Counted from the stretch's first letter, positions 27,197-37,876 are shown. The stretch is DNA of 64,000 nucleotides from Candidatus Heimdallarchaeota archaeon (GCA_030603365.1 JAUVXV010000012.1:1-64000); one strand, 5' to 3'. Program-made: numbers and translations. The notes: generated by a model not told the origin, from the sequence alone.

Positions 27197-27649
27197 TTGA
27201 CAACAACACAACCAAAAGCAGAAGTAAAAGAATTTGAACCAAACATAATAGGATTTTTGTGTAATTGGTGTAGCTATGCAGGAGCAGATTTAGCTGGTAC
27301 GAGCAGGATACAATATTCACCAAATATCAAGATTATCAAAGTCATGTGTTCTGGAAGAGTCAATCCAATGTTTGTTGTTAATGCACTTCAACAGGGTGCT
27401 GATGGTGTTCTTATAGGTGGATGCCATCCTGGAGATTGTCATTATCAACATGGCAACTATCTTGCAAGAAGACGTATTGGTGTATTAAAGAAAGTATTAG
27501 AATTCATGGGAATCGATGAAAGAAGGGTTCGCATGACATGGGTTTCTGCAGCAGAAGGAAGAAAGTTTGCTGAAGTAATTGAAGAGATTACTGATGATAT
27601 TAGAAAATTAGGACCCTTGAAACAGCTAAAGAGGGTGAATGAATGGTAG
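27197..27649 (+). CDS. mvhD: MvhD/FlxD 2Fe-2S subunit
   Basis: FLCNWCSYAGAD, MCSGRV, GCHPGDCHY. Confidence 0.93.
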   Translation: MTTTQPKAEVKEFEPNIIGFLCNWCSYAGADLAGTSRIQYSPNIKIIKVMCSGRVNPMFVVNALQQGADGVLIGGCHPGDCHYQHGNYLARRRIGVLKKVLEFMGIDERRVRMTWVSAAEGRKFAEVIEEITDDIRKLGPLKQLKRVNEW

Positions 27650-28626
27650 ATCAGAAACTATTGGTAGAAGAAGTTAAAAAGATAGTTTCACAGGAAGATG
27701 TGAAATATGTTATAGGTTATAAGAAAGGAACATATGGATTCGCAATAAGTCCAGCTTTTGCATATTCACCTGAGTATGTAGATAAATTTATTTTCAATCC
27801 CTTATGTAAGAAAAATTTAGCAGTTTATCCTATTCTAGAAGAGAAACTACCTCTTAAGAAAGGAGAAAAAGCAGATACTAGAAAAATAGGTGTCATAGTA
27901 AAGGGATGTGACTCTAGAGCTTTAAATCAAATAATTCAAGAAAAGGGACAAAAAAGAGAGAATTTAGTAATAATTGGCATTCCATGTACAGGAGTTATCG
28001 ATCAGAAAAAAATTATCTCTAAATTCCCTAATGTAACTGATTATACAGATATTGAAGAAAAAAATGGTAACTATAAAATCTCAATAAATGGAGAGGTTCA
28101 TAATATCCCGAAGGAGGAGTTATTAGCTGATTTTTGCACAAGTTGTGTTGCACCCAATCCTGTCATTTATGATATTCTAATAGGTGATGAAGTAGAACCT
28201 TGGGAACCTCAAGAACACAATAATCTAAAGGAATTAAATGAGAAAACTATTGAAGAAAAATGGGCATATTGGGAAGAACATTTCCAGCGATGTATTCGCT
28301 GTTATGCCTGTAGAGAAGCATGTCCATTATGTTATTGTAAAGAGTGTATGGCTGATATGTTGACACCTCAGTGGATTAGAAGATCTGTTAATCTTTCTGA
28401 AAACACTGCTTGGAATATAATGAGAGCTTACCACCTAGCTGGAAGATGCGTTGGATGTGGAGAATGTGAGAGTGTATGTCCTGTCAATATACCTCTAATG
28501 GAATTAAATAAACAGATAGAGAATGATGTGAAAGAGATGTTTAATTACACAGCTGGTATGGATGTAGATGAAAAACCATTATTTGGAATGTTCAGACCAG
28601 ACGACCCAGAGGAGTTTATTTTGTGA
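27643..28626 (+). CDS. flxC: FlxC/FdhB-like 4Fe-4S protein
   Basis: KGCDSR, CIRCYACREACPLCYC, HLAGRCVGCGECESVCP; position fits flxDCBA order. Confidence 0.75.
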   Translation: MVDQKLLVEEVKKIVSQEDVKYVIGYKKGTYGFAISPAFAYSPEYVDKFIFNPLCKKNLAVYPILEEKLPLKKGEKADTRKIGVIVKGCDSRALNQIIQEKGQKRENLVIIGIPCTGVIDQKKIISKFPNVTDYTDIEEKNGNYKISINGEVHNIPKEELLADFCTSCVAPNPVIYDILIGDEVEPWEPQEHNNLKELNEKTIEEKWAYWEEHFQRCIRCYACREACPLCYCKECMADMLTPQWIRRSVNLSENTAWNIMRAYHLAGRCVGCGECESVCPVNIPLMELNKQIENDVKEMFNYTAGMDVDEKPLFGMFRPDDPEEFIL

Positions 28627-28635
28627 GGTGATGAA

Positions 28636-29664
28636 ATGGAAAGCTTAGTATTGTCAAAGAACAAATTACCCGAATTGATTAATAAAATCTCTTCAGAACA
28701 CATTTTATATGGACCAACAGAAGAAAATAATTATTCTTCGTTCAAACAAATTCTGAATTTTGATGAAATGAACCTATCTTATTTGTTGTCTCGTGTATCA
28801 CCTAAATCTATCCTTTTCAAGCAAACAGAAACTTTGTTTAAATTCATACCTGGTAGGAAAGGATCAGTAAAATCCTCAGAAATTCCAGAAGAGAAGAGTG
28901 TTATCTTTGCAATTCGTCCCTGTGATGCAAGAAGTTTCTCAATTCTAGATGGTGTATTCAATGGTGATTACGAAGATCCTTTCTATATTTCAAAGAGAAA
29001 AAATACTGTGCTGATTGGATTAACATGTAACAAACCTGAACAAAACTGTTTTTGTACAACATTCGATGATAGTCCAGGTTCTTCAAAAAATCTAGATATT
29101 CTTCTAACTGAACTAAATAACAATTATCTAGTTGAAGTGGTTACAGAAAAAGGCAATAATTTACTCAAAAATATGCGTTCTTTACTAAAAGAAGCAAGTA
29201 AAGAAGAAATTCAAGAAAGAAAGGAAATAGAGGAACATGCTATAAGCACAATTAATCGTAAAATGAATTTAGAAGGTATCGTTCCTAAACTTGATAAAAT
29301 GTTCGATCACGAGCTTTGGCATAACACAGCTTTCAAGTGCATAGGATGTGGCATTTGTACTTTCTTATGTCCAACTTGCCATTGTTTTGACATGCAAGAT
29401 GAAGGTACATTAAAAGAAGGTGCTAGAATTCGGGTATGGGATTCTTGTATGTATCCAGAATACACTCATCATGCTTCAGGTCATAATCCACGACCTGCTA
29501 GAATGAATAGAGTAAGAAATAGAGTTTATCATAAGTTCAGTTACTTCCCTAAGAATGAAGATGTTACTGCTTGCACGGGTTGTGCGAGATGTATCGATTA
29601 TTGTCCTGTTAATATCGATATAATAGATGTTATTGATAAAGTGGGGGCTATATTAATTGAATAA
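28636..29664 (+). CDS. flxB: FlxB/AsrA-like 4Fe-4S protein
   Basis: RPCD, CFC, CIGCGICTFLCPTCHCF, WDSC, CTGCARCIDYCP. Confidence 0.78.
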   Translation: MESLVLSKNKLPELINKISSEHILYGPTEENNYSSFKQILNFDEMNLSYLLSRVSPKSILFKQTETLFKFIPGRKGSVKSSEIPEEKSVIFAIRPCDARSFSILDGVFNGDYEDPFYISKRKNTVLIGLTCNKPEQNCFCTTFDDSPGSSKNLDILLTELNNNYLVEVVTEKGNNLLKNMRSLLKEASKEEIQERKEIEEHAISTINRKMNLEGIVPKLDKMFDHELWHNTAFKCIGCGICTFLCPTCHCFDMQDEGTLKEGARIRVWDSCMYPEYTHHASGHNPRPARMNRVRNRVYHKFSYFPKNEDVTACTGCARCIDYCPVNIDIIDVIDKVGAILIE

Positions 29665-30496
29665 AAATCCGTATATGCCAATATTAGCTACGATTTCTTC
29701 AATAAAGCTAGAATCTACAGGTGAGAGACCAATAAAGACTTTCAAAATGGTTCTCCAAGATGAAAATGCTAGAAAGAACTTCTCTTTTCTCCCCGGTCAA
29801 TTTGTAATGGTAAGTATATTTGGTACAGGAGAAAGTACGTTCGCTATTTCATCTTCTCCTACACAGAAAGATTACATAGAAGTGAGTGTCTTAAAATATG
29901 GAAAAAACACACAAGCTCTGCACCAAGCTGATGTAGGTGATACCGTTGGTTTGAGAGGACCATATGGTAATAGTTTTGATGTTAAAGGATGGGAAGGGAA
30001 GAACATACTTTTTATCGGAGGAGGTATAGGGCAAGCTCCTCTTCGATCAGTTATTAATTATACTTTAGACAATAGAGACAAATACAAAAATATAGACATT
30101 ATTTATGGAGCTAGAACCACAAAAGATCTCTGTTATAAGGATGAGTTTGCAGAAATGAAACAAAGAGATGATGTCCAAACTCATCTCTCTATTGATGTAG
30201 AAGAAGAAGGATGGGATGAGTTTGTAGGATTTGTTCCAGCAAATCTAAAAAGGTTGAATCCTTCCCCTAAAAACACGATAGCTCTAACTTGTGGTCCTCC
30301 AATTATGATAAAATTTGTATTGCAAAATCTAGAAGAACTTGGATTCACTGAAGAGCAAATTTTCACAACGCTTGAGATGCGTATGAAGTGTGGAATTGGC
30401 ATTTGTGGTAGATGCAATATAGGCAATACGTATGTGTGTATAGATGGTCCTGTTTTTTCACTAAAGCAATTGAAGAAAATAGAAGGAGATATGTAA
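29657..30496 (+). CDS. flxA: FlxA/AsrB-like FAD/NAD-binding oxidoreductase subunit
   Basis: PGQF, RGPYGN, GGGIG, CGPPIM, EMRMKCGIGICGRC...C.DGPVF. Confidence 0.8.
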   Translation: MNKNPYMPILATISSIKLESTGERPIKTFKMVLQDENARKNFSFLPGQFVMVSIFGTGESTFAISSSPTQKDYIEVSVLKYGKNTQALHQADVGDTVGLRGPYGNSFDVKGWEGKNILFIGGGIGQAPLRSVINYTLDNRDKYKNIDIIYGARTTKDLCYKDEFAEMKQRDDVQTHLSIDVEEEGWDEFVGFVPANLKRLNPSPKNTIALTCGPPIMIKFVLQNLEELGFTEEQIFTTLEMRMKCGIGICGRCNIGNTYVCIDGPVFSLKQLKKIEGDM

Positions 30497-30507
30497 GAGG
30501 TGTTATG

Positions 30508-32454
30508 ATGAAAATAGGTGTATATGTCTGTGAATGTGGTATTAACATTGCTGCAACAGTCGATGTTCCTGAAGTTGTTGAAAAAGTTAAATCATTTCCA
30601 AATGTAGAGATTTGTCGTTATAATAAATACACTTGTTCAGATCCTGGACAAGAATCTATCAGAAAAGACATCAAAGAATTGAATCTCGACAGAGTTGTTG
30701 TTGCTTCCTGTTCACCTAGAATGCATGAACCAACCTTCAGAGCAGTTGTAGAAGAGACAGGTATTAACCCATATTGTTTCGAAATGGTAAACATTAGAGA
30801 GCATGTATCTTGGGTACATAAAGATAAGGAAAAAGCTACAGAAAAAGCTGTTGCTTTAATTGCTGGTGCAGTTGCTAGAGCACAATTTCTAGAACCTTTA
30901 GAACGAAAGGAAGTAAGTGTTATCCCTAAATCATTAGTTGTAGGGGGTGGAATAGCGGGTATTCAAGCAGCTCTTGAAATAGCTACTGATGGTTTCCAAG
31001 TATATCTTGTTGAACAAAGTCCAAGTCTAGGAGGAAGGATGGCACAGTTAGATAAAACATTTCCAACATTAGATTGTTCAGCATGTATTTTGACACCTAA
31101 AATGGTTGACGTTGCAAGACACCCAAACATAGAACTACTAACGTATTCCGAGATTGAAAAGGTTGATGGGTATATTGGTAATTTCAAAGTTACTGTTAAG
31201 AAAAAACCACGTTATGTTGATACAGACAAATGCGTTGGATGTGGACTATGTGCTGAAGCTTGTAGATTGAAAGGACGAGTTTTAAACGAATTTGATGAAA
31301 ATCTGAGTAAGAGAAGCGCTATTTATATCCCCTTCCCACAAGCAGTACCACTGAAGTATACCATAGATTCAAATCGATGCAATATGTTGAGATTTGGCAA
31401 ATGTGGTGATGAACTACTCTGTGTTGAGGCTTGTGAACAGAATGCTATAGATTTTGAACAAAAAGAGGAATTCGTAGAACTTGATGTAGGAACAATTGTT
31501 GTTGCTACAGGTTATGATAATTTTGATCCTTCAAATGAACCTAAGTATGGTTATAAGGAAAACCCAAATGTCATCACTGGAATGGAATTTGAGAGATTAG
31601 TAAATGCAGCAGGGCCAACTGAAGGGCATCTAGAAATTAACGGAAAGGAACCTGAAAATGTTGTCTTCATTCAATGTGTTGGTTCTAGAGACAAGGAAGG
31701 ACATGAATATTGTTCCAGGGTTTGTTGTATGTATACTGCAAAACAAGCTCATATGGTGAGAGATAAGTTTCCAGATGCAATAATTTCAGTTTATTTCACA
31801 GATGTTCGAGCATTTGGAAAGGGATTTGAGGAATTTTATAATCGTGTTCTGGATGAAGATATCAACTATCTCAGAAGAGAGTTGGATGACTCAATAGAGG
31901 TAGTTGGAAACGAAAAAGGAGTTATTGTAAAAGCTGAAGGTCATCCCGATATTCATGCAGATCTTGTTGTTTTAGCTACGGGTTTAGTACCTAAAAGTGA
32001 TAATAAGGAAATAGCTAGGAAACTCAATATTAGCTTAAGTGGTGATGGTTTCTTTATGGAAGCTCATCCTAAACTTCGACCATTAGATACTTTTACTGAT
32101 GGAGTCTTCTTAGCAGGATGTTGTCAAAGTCCAAAAGATATACCAGATGCAGTTGCTCAAGCAAGTGGTGCTGCGGTTAGAGCTGCTTCTCCTCTAGCTC
32201 AAGGCAAGGTGGTTGTTGAAGCAATTACTGCGATAATAGACGAAGATTTATGCAGTGGTTGTAGAATTTGTGAAAATCTTTGTGCATATACTGCATTAGA
32301 ATTTGTAAGTGATGACAAAATCATGAAGATAAATGATGTATTATGCAAAGGTTGTGGTTCATGTGCAGCTGCATGCCCAACAGGTGCAATAACAATGAAG
32401 CACTATAGTAATAAACAAGTGCTTGCACAAATTGGAGGTATTCTCAATCAATAG
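30508..32454 (+). CDS. hdrA: Heterodisulfide reductase subunit A
   Basis: KIGVYVCECG, GGGIAG, DKTFPTLDC, QCVGSRD, CSRVCC and terminal ferredoxin. Start moved to 30505/30508 after a GAGGTG SD. Confidence 0.93.
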   Translation: MKIGVYVCECGINIAATVDVPEVVEKVKSFPNVEICRYNKYTCSDPGQESIRKDIKELNLDRVVVASCSPRMHEPTFRAVVEETGINPYCFEMVNIREHVSWVHKDKEKATEKAVALIAGAVARAQFLEPLERKEVSVIPKSLVVGGGIAGIQAALEIATDGFQVYLVEQSPSLGGRMAQLDKTFPTLDCSACILTPKMVDVARHPNIELLTYSEIEKVDGYIGNFKVTVKKKPRYVDTDKCVGCGLCAEACRLKGRVLNEFDENLSKRSAIYIPFPQAVPLKYTIDSNRCNMLRFGKCGDELLCVEACEQNAIDFEQKEEFVELDVGTIVVATGYDNFDPSNEPKYGYKENPNVITGMEFERLVNAAGPTEGHLEINGKEPENVVFIQCVGSRDKEGHEYCSRVCCMYTAKQAHMVRDKFPDAIISVYFTDVRAFGKGFEEFYNRVLDEDINYLRRELDDSIEVVGNEKGVIVKAEGHPDIHADLVVLATGLVPKSDNKEIARKLNISLSGDGFFMEAHPKLRPLDTFTDGVFLAGCCQSPKDIPDAVAQASGAAVRAASPLAQGKVVVEAITAIIDEDLCSGCRICENLCAYTALEFVSDDKIMKINDVLCKGCGSCAAACPTGAITMKHYSNKQVLAQIGGILNQ

Positions 32455-32463
32455 GAGCTGATT

Positions 32464-35400
32464 ATGGTGAAAATAGGAGTATATGTCTGTGAATGTGGGA
32501 TCAATATTGGAGCTACTGTAAATGTAGAAGAAGTAGCAGAAAAAGCCAAAGATTTCCCTGATGTTGTAGTGAGTAGATATTACAAATACATGTGTTCTGA
32601 TCCAGGTCAAGAGCTGATAAAACAAGATATAGAAGATCTTAAGCTTGATCGTATTGTAGTTGCTTCCTGTTCTCCAAGAATGCATGAACCAACCTTTAGA
32701 GCTGTTGTTGAAGATAAAGGAATGAACCCATATTGTCTTGAGATGGTTAATATAAGAGAGCAAGTTTCATGGGTGCACAAAAATATTCCAGTAGGTACTG
32801 AAAAAGCAATAGCATTGGTAAGAAGTGCGGTTCTCAAAGCAGCTCTTCTCCAACCTTTACAAAAGAAGAAGGTTGATGTCACTCCAACTGCTATGGTTAT
32901 AGGTGGAGGTATTGCTGGAATTCAATCAGCTATAGACATTGGAAATATGGGATTCAAAACATATCTAGTTGAGAAGACACCTAGTATTGGTGGTACAATG
33001 GCACAATTGGATAAAACTTTCCCAACATTGGACTGTTCAGCTTGTATTCTGACGCCCAAGATGGTAGATATTGCAAGACATCCAAACATAGAACTAATGA
33101 CTTATTCAGAGATAGAAAGCGTTGAAGGTTTTATTGGTAACTTTAAGGTGACTGTGAAGCATAAAGCTAGATATATTGATGTTACCAAATGTACCGCTTG
33201 TGGCGATTGTACAGAAAATTGTCCAGTTGTAGAATTTGATGAATATAACATGAACATGACAAACCGTAAAGCTATATACATACCATTTCCTCAAGCTGTT
33301 CCTCAAAAATATACTATCGCAAAATTGGATGAATATTCACCCTGCAAAGTAACTTGTCCTGCAAACAACAATGCTCAGGGATACATTCAGCTTATTGGTG
33401 TGGGTAAATATAAAGAAGCACTTGAATTAATTAGAGACAAAAATCCTTTTCCATCAGTTTGTGGTCGTGTATGTCACCACCCTTGTGAGGAAGTTTGTAA
33501 AAGAGCTGACATTGATGAACCTCTCTCAATAATGCAATTGAAAAGATTCGCAGCTGATTATAATCGAATCAATAAAGAAGATCCTCCACTAGTAATTGAA
33601 CCCTCAAAAGATGAGAAAATTGCAATTATCGGTGCAGGCCCTTCAGGATTATCATGTGCAATAAGATTGCTGGAAGAAGGTTACTCTGTTACTGTTTATG
33701 ATGAAAGTGATGTTCCTGGTGGTATAATGACAAGTTGCCTTCCCTCATATCGTCTTCCAGTTGATTTAGCAATGTATGATATAAACAGATTGCTTGATCA
33801 GGGAATCAATCTAATAAAGAATACCAAAGTCGGAAAAGATATCTCTTTTGAGGAAATTCAAAATCAATACGATGCCGTATTTGTGGGAATTGGAGCACAA
33901 CTCCCAGCAGTATTAGAGGTTGAAGGATCAGATGTTTCGGGGATTTTACAAGGAATGACATTCCTAAAAGAAGCTAAAAAAGGAATAAAATCACCAGAAT
34001 TTGGAGAAAAAATAATCATTATAGGTGGAGGTAATGTTGCGATGGATTGTGCTAAAGTCGCATTGAGAATGGGAGGAAAAGAAGTTAGTGTTGTTTGTTT
34101 AGAAACTAGAGATCTTGCTCTGAAAGACAGAATGCCTGCAGATATATGGGAGATAGAAGAATCAGAAGAAGAAGGAATAATATTCTATAATGAACTTGGT
34201 CCAAGAAAGATAATCAGTTCAAAAGGTAAAGTTACTGGTTTAGAGACTATGATATGTACTTCGGTTTATGAAGAAGATGGAGCATTCAAACCTGAATTCC
34301 ATGATGACCCTGCTCCGGAAATTGCAGGTGATACAATTATTTTTGCTATAGGACAAAAATCTGACCTTACAGGTTTTGAAGCATTAGAAACAAATCCTGG
34401 TGGTAGAACTATATACATCGATACCATAACATTTCAAACAAGTATTCCAAGCGTTTTTGCTGGAGGGGACATAATACCAGGAATACCTTCAGTTGTAAAT
34501 GCTATTGGTACAGGTGCAGAAGCTGCAATATCCATCGATAGATATTTGCGTAAGGTAGACATCAAAGAAGGTAGAGTCAGAGACATAACAAAAATAGATG
34601 TTGTTAGATTAGATAAAGAAAAACGTCCTAGAATGAAAATGAATCGTGCTCCTGTTGAAGAGAGAATCAAAGATTTCCGTGAGATAGATTTAGGATACTC
34701 TGAAGAAGAAGCTGTCCAAGAAGCGTTACGTTGTATTTCATGTTCCATTTGTTCTGAATGTATGCAATGTGTTGAAACATGTGAAGCAGAAGCAATCGTA
34801 CATGATCAACAACATGAATTCGTGGAACTAGATATAGGTGCCATAATTGTTGCCACTGGATTTGATTCATTTGATCCTACAACTAAACCTGAATATGGTT
34901 ATGGTGAAACTCCGAATGTTATTTCTGCAATGGAGTTTGAGCGATTAGTTTCAGCATCAGGACCTACAACTGGGCATATTGAGATTAATGGAAAAGAACC
35001 AGAAAATGTTGTTTTCATTCAGTGTGTTGGTTCTAGGGACAAAGAAGGGCATGAATATTGTTCCAGAGTCTGTTGCATGTATACAGCAAAACAAGCTCAT
35101 ATGGTCAGAGACAAATTACCAAACTCAAATCTGACTGTATATAATACAGATGTTAGAGCATTTGGAAAAGGATTTGAAGAATTTTACAACAGAGTTCAAG
35201 CAGAGAATATTAACTACCTTAGACGAGAATTAGATGATCCTATCAGTGTAGTTGGTAACGAAGAAGGAGTAATTGTTAAAGCTGAAGGTCACCCTGATAT
35301 TCATGCAGATTTAGTTGTACTCGCAACTGGATTAGTTCCTCGAGAAGATTCGAAAGAACTCTCTAGATTGCTTAATATTAACATGAGTGCAGATGGATAT

Positions 35401-35820
35401 TTCTTAGAAGCTCACCCAAAATTACGTCCAGTTGACACTTTTACAGATGGTATCTTTCTTGCAGGATGTTGTCAGAGTCCTAAAGATATTCCTGACACTG
35501 TTGCTCAAGCAAGTAGTGCTGCATCTCGTGCATGTAACATTCTTTCTCAGAAGCAACTTGAGATCGAAGCAACAGTAGCTAAGGTAGACGAAAGCTTGTG
35601 TAGAGGATGTGCTTTCTGTGTTGAATCATGTCCTTATTCAGCTATAGAAATCAAAATAGTTGAACAATTTGGACATACATTTGAAGTAGCCCATGTAAAT
35701 GAAGCGCTTTGTAAAGGATGTGGTTCTTGTTCAGCAGCTTGTCTTAATGGAGCTATATATCACCAAGGCTATACTGATAATCAGATACTAGCACAAATTC
35801 AAGCATTAGGAGAAGAATAA
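32464..35820 (+). CDS. hdrL: HdrL-type large HdrA with an inserted GltD/NfnB-like pyridine-nucleotide oxidoreductase module
   Basis: HdrA halves flank PCKVTCP...CGRVCHHPCE...GAGPSG...GGGNVAMD...FAGGD...EALRC. Confidence 0.88.
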   Translation: MVKIGVYVCECGINIGATVNVEEVAEKAKDFPDVVVSRYYKYMCSDPGQELIKQDIEDLKLDRIVVASCSPRMHEPTFRAVVEDKGMNPYCLEMVNIREQVSWVHKNIPVGTEKAIALVRSAVLKAALLQPLQKKKVDVTPTAMVIGGGIAGIQSAIDIGNMGFKTYLVEKTPSIGGTMAQLDKTFPTLDCSACILTPKMVDIARHPNIELMTYSEIESVEGFIGNFKVTVKHKARYIDVTKCTACGDCTENCPVVEFDEYNMNMTNRKAIYIPFPQAVPQKYTIAKLDEYSPCKVTCPANNNAQGYIQLIGVGKYKEALELIRDKNPFPSVCGRVCHHPCEEVCKRADIDEPLSIMQLKRFAADYNRINKEDPPLVIEPSKDEKIAIIGAGPSGLSCAIRLLEEGYSVTVYDESDVPGGIMTSCLPSYRLPVDLAMYDINRLLDQGINLIKNTKVGKDISFEEIQNQYDAVFVGIGAQLPAVLEVEGSDVSGILQGMTFLKEAKKGIKSPEFGEKIIIIGGGNVAMDCAKVALRMGGKEVSVVCLETRDLALKDRMPADIWEIEESEEEGIIFYNELGPRKIISSKGKVTGLETMICTSVYEEDGAFKPEFHDDPAPEIAGDTIIFAIGQKSDLTGFEALETNPGGRTIYIDTITFQTSIPSVFAGGDIIPGIPSVVNAIGTGAEAAISIDRYLRKVDIKEGRVRDITKIDVVRLDKEKRPRMKMNRAPVEERIKDFREIDLGYSEEEAVQEALRCISCSICSECMQCVETCEAEAIVHDQQHEFVELDIGAIIVATGFDSFDPTTKPEYGYGETPNVISAMEFERLVSASGPTTGHIEINGKEPENVVFIQCVGSRDKEGHEYCSRVCCMYTAKQAHMVRDKLPNSNLTVYNTDVRAFGKGFEEFYNRVQAENINYLRRELDDPISVVGNEEGVIVKAEGHPDIHADLVVLATGLVPREDSKELSRLLNINMSADGYFLEAHPKLRPVDTFTDGIFLAGCCQSPKDIPDTVAQASSAASRACNILSQKQLEIEATVAKVDESLCRGCAFCVESCPYSAIEIKIVEQFGHTFEVAHVNEALCKGCGSCSAACLNGAIYHQGYTDNQILAQIQALGEE

Positions 35821-35823
35821 AAT

Positions 35824-36315
35824 TTGAAAACAGTAATCATAGGTTTGGGTAATCCCATAGTTGGGGATGATGCGATAGGTATCAAAGTAATGGAATACAT
35901 TAGGGATACCTTTACTCTTCCTATGAACACTGAGATTCTAGCCGATATTTCAATTGCAGGTTTAGGATTAGTTGAACTATTTAGAGGATATAACAAAGTG
36001 ATTCTAATTGATTCAATTCAGACCGGAAAACATCCCATAGGAACAGTGATTCTTCTCAGACATGAGGAATTTTCCTTAGCCTTACATACATATGATCATC
36101 ACAATATGGACATTTTTACCTCTTTAGAATTCAGTAATCAAATATTTGATGATATTCCTAAAGATATCGAGATTATCGGTATAGAGATAATCAATCCAAT
36201 GGAATTTAGTGATAAGTTATCTTTAGAATTACAAAATAAATTTGAAGAAATTGTTAATCAAGTTTACAAATTAATTCTTGAACAATTGAGAGAGGAGATT
36301 AAAGCAAATGCTTAG
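35824..36315 (+). CDS. Hydrogenase maturation protease (HyaD/HycI family)
   Basis: IIGLGNPIVGDDAIG, ILIDS, HN motif. Confidence 0.88.
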   Translation: MKTVIIGLGNPIVGDDAIGIKVMEYIRDTFTLPMNTEILADISIAGLGLVELFRGYNKVILIDSIQTGKHPIGTVILLRHEEFSLALHTYDHHNMDIFTSLEFSNQIFDDIPKDIEIIGIEIINPMEFSDKLSLELQNKFEEIVNQVYKLILEQLREEIKANA

Positions 36316-36374
36316 TAAATTATCAAATTCAAAAAACATATTAAACATAAATAAAGAAATTGGAGAAAACTAAA

Positions 36375-36791
36375 ATGGATGAATATGAACCTAATATAAT
36401 TGGATTTCTCTGTAATTGGTGTTCGTATGCAGGAGCAGATCTTGCAGGAACTAGTAGAATAAGCTATCCCACAAATATTAAGATAATTCGAGTGATGTGT
36501 TCTGGAAGGGTAGATCCTGCTTTCGTACTCGAAGCCCTCAAGAAAGGTGCAGATGGTGTACTAGTTTCAGGTTGCCATTTTGGAGAATGCCATTACAAAT
36601 CAGGAAATTATAAAGCTAATCGTCGAATTAAACTTACTAAGAAATTCCTTGAAGAAATGGGAATCAATCCAAATAGAGTCCGATTTGAGTTTATATCTGC
36701 TTCAGAAGGAAATAGATTTGCAGAAGTTGTAACGGAGTTTGTAGACGAATTAAAAGAACTTGGCCCCCTTTCTTTACAATTGATACAATAA
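36375..36791 (+). CDS. mvhD: Second MvhD 2Fe-2S subunit
   Basis: FLCNWCSYAGAD, MCSGRV, GCHFGECHY; ATG 36375 follows GGAG. Confidence 0.92.
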   Translation: MDEYEPNIIGFLCNWCSYAGADLAGTSRISYPTNIKIIRVMCSGRVDPAFVLEALKKGADGVLVSGCHFGECHYKSGNYKANRRIKLTKKFLEEMGINPNRVRFEFISASEGNRFAEVVTEFVDELKELGPLSLQLIQ

Positions 36792-36836
36792 CAATGAGGA
36801 AATGTTTTTTTACTAGTCATACTCTCTTCAAGTGAT

Positions 36837-37820
36837 ATGCCGAACATTTTAGTAACAGGGGCTTCTGGATGTACAGGTAGAGGAGTTTTGCTTTATCTTG
36901 CTGCTAAGGGGTACAAAGAAATTTTTGGCATGGTTAGAAAAGAATCTTTAGAAAAAGTACCAAACGTAAAATATGTTTTAGCTGATTTATCAGATAAACA
37001 GTCTCTTGATAAAATATTCAAAGAAAATAACATTGATACAATCTGGCATTTAGCAGCAGCCGTACATCGAAATGTAAAGAAGAAAGATTTCTTCAAGATT
37101 AATTATGAAGGAACAAAAAACATTATGCAATCAGCTATTGAAAACGAGATCAAGCATTTTGTTTTTGCCAGTACAACTGCTGTCTATGGTAAGATAGTTG
37201 ATTCACCAGCTACTGAAAAACATAGAATTAAACCTAATGGATTATATGCAAAATCTAAACTTGAAGCAGAACTAATGATAAAACAAACATGTAATAAAAA
37301 TGGTATAAAAGGAGGAAATCTCAGAATACCTTTAATCACAGGAAAATATGATAGACATTTTTATCCAATAGTGAGTAAATTAGTTAGAATTAATATCATG
37401 CCTATTATTGGGAATCCTAGGCATAAAGTTTCAGTCGTACATCCGTACGATATTGCAAAAGCAATGGAAGTAATAACTAAAAATCATTCAGAAGAATATG
37501 AAGATTATAACATTATATCATGTAATGAATCATTCAAGGAACTATTACTTGAAATGGAGAAACATCTTATTGGAAAAAGGAGGTTTAAGTACTTTATTCC
37601 ATATCCAATAGTCTATGCAGCTGTGTGGATGTTTGAGAAGATCCATTGGCTTTTCCATCCAAGGAAGCAAGCATTGATTAACAGAGAGTATGCAAGGATG
37701 ATGGGAAAAGAATGGATATTTGATTGTGAAAAACTTAACCAAATAGGGTACACCCCTAGCATGAATTTAGAAGACATAGTTAAAGACGCAGTTTTCGAAG
37801 AGCCAATTCCAGTACCTTAG
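36837..37820 (+). CDS. NAD-dependent epimerase/dehydratase (extended SDR)
   Basis: TGASGCTG, HLAA, catalytic YAKSK. Confidence 0.88.
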   Translation: MPNILVTGASGCTGRGVLLYLAAKGYKEIFGMVRKESLEKVPNVKYVLADLSDKQSLDKIFKENNIDTIWHLAAAVHRNVKKKDFFKINYEGTKNIMQSAIENEIKHFVFASTTAVYGKIVDSPATEKHRIKPNGLYAKSKLEAELMIKQTCNKNGIKGGNLRIPLITGKYDRHFYPIVSKLVRINIMPIIGNPRHKVSVVHPYDIAKAMEVITKNHSEEYEDYNIISCNESFKELLLEMEKHLIGKRRFKYFIPYPIVYAAVWMFEKIHWLFHPRKQALINREYARMMGKEWIFDCEKLNQIGYTPSMNLEDIVKDAVFEEPIPVP

Positions 37821-37876
37821 ATTGTTTCACTCGATTACTCACAAAACTTTTGAAGTAGTCCTTTAAACTTCTTGAT

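Noticed and set aside
30412-30504. Upstream start of hdrA
   Set aside because: It overlaps flxA out of frame; the SD and the match to the HdrL N-terminus place the start at 30505/30508.
24720-35820. Methanogenesis implied by mvh/hdr
   Set aside because: No mcr, mtr or hdrBC is in the window, and HdrA/Mvh/Flx modules are widespread in non-methanogens.
24720-36791. Selenocysteine recoding in mvh/hdr genes
   Set aside because: All frames are open with Cys at the ligand positions and there is no in-frame TGA, so the leader hairpins are not called SECIS.
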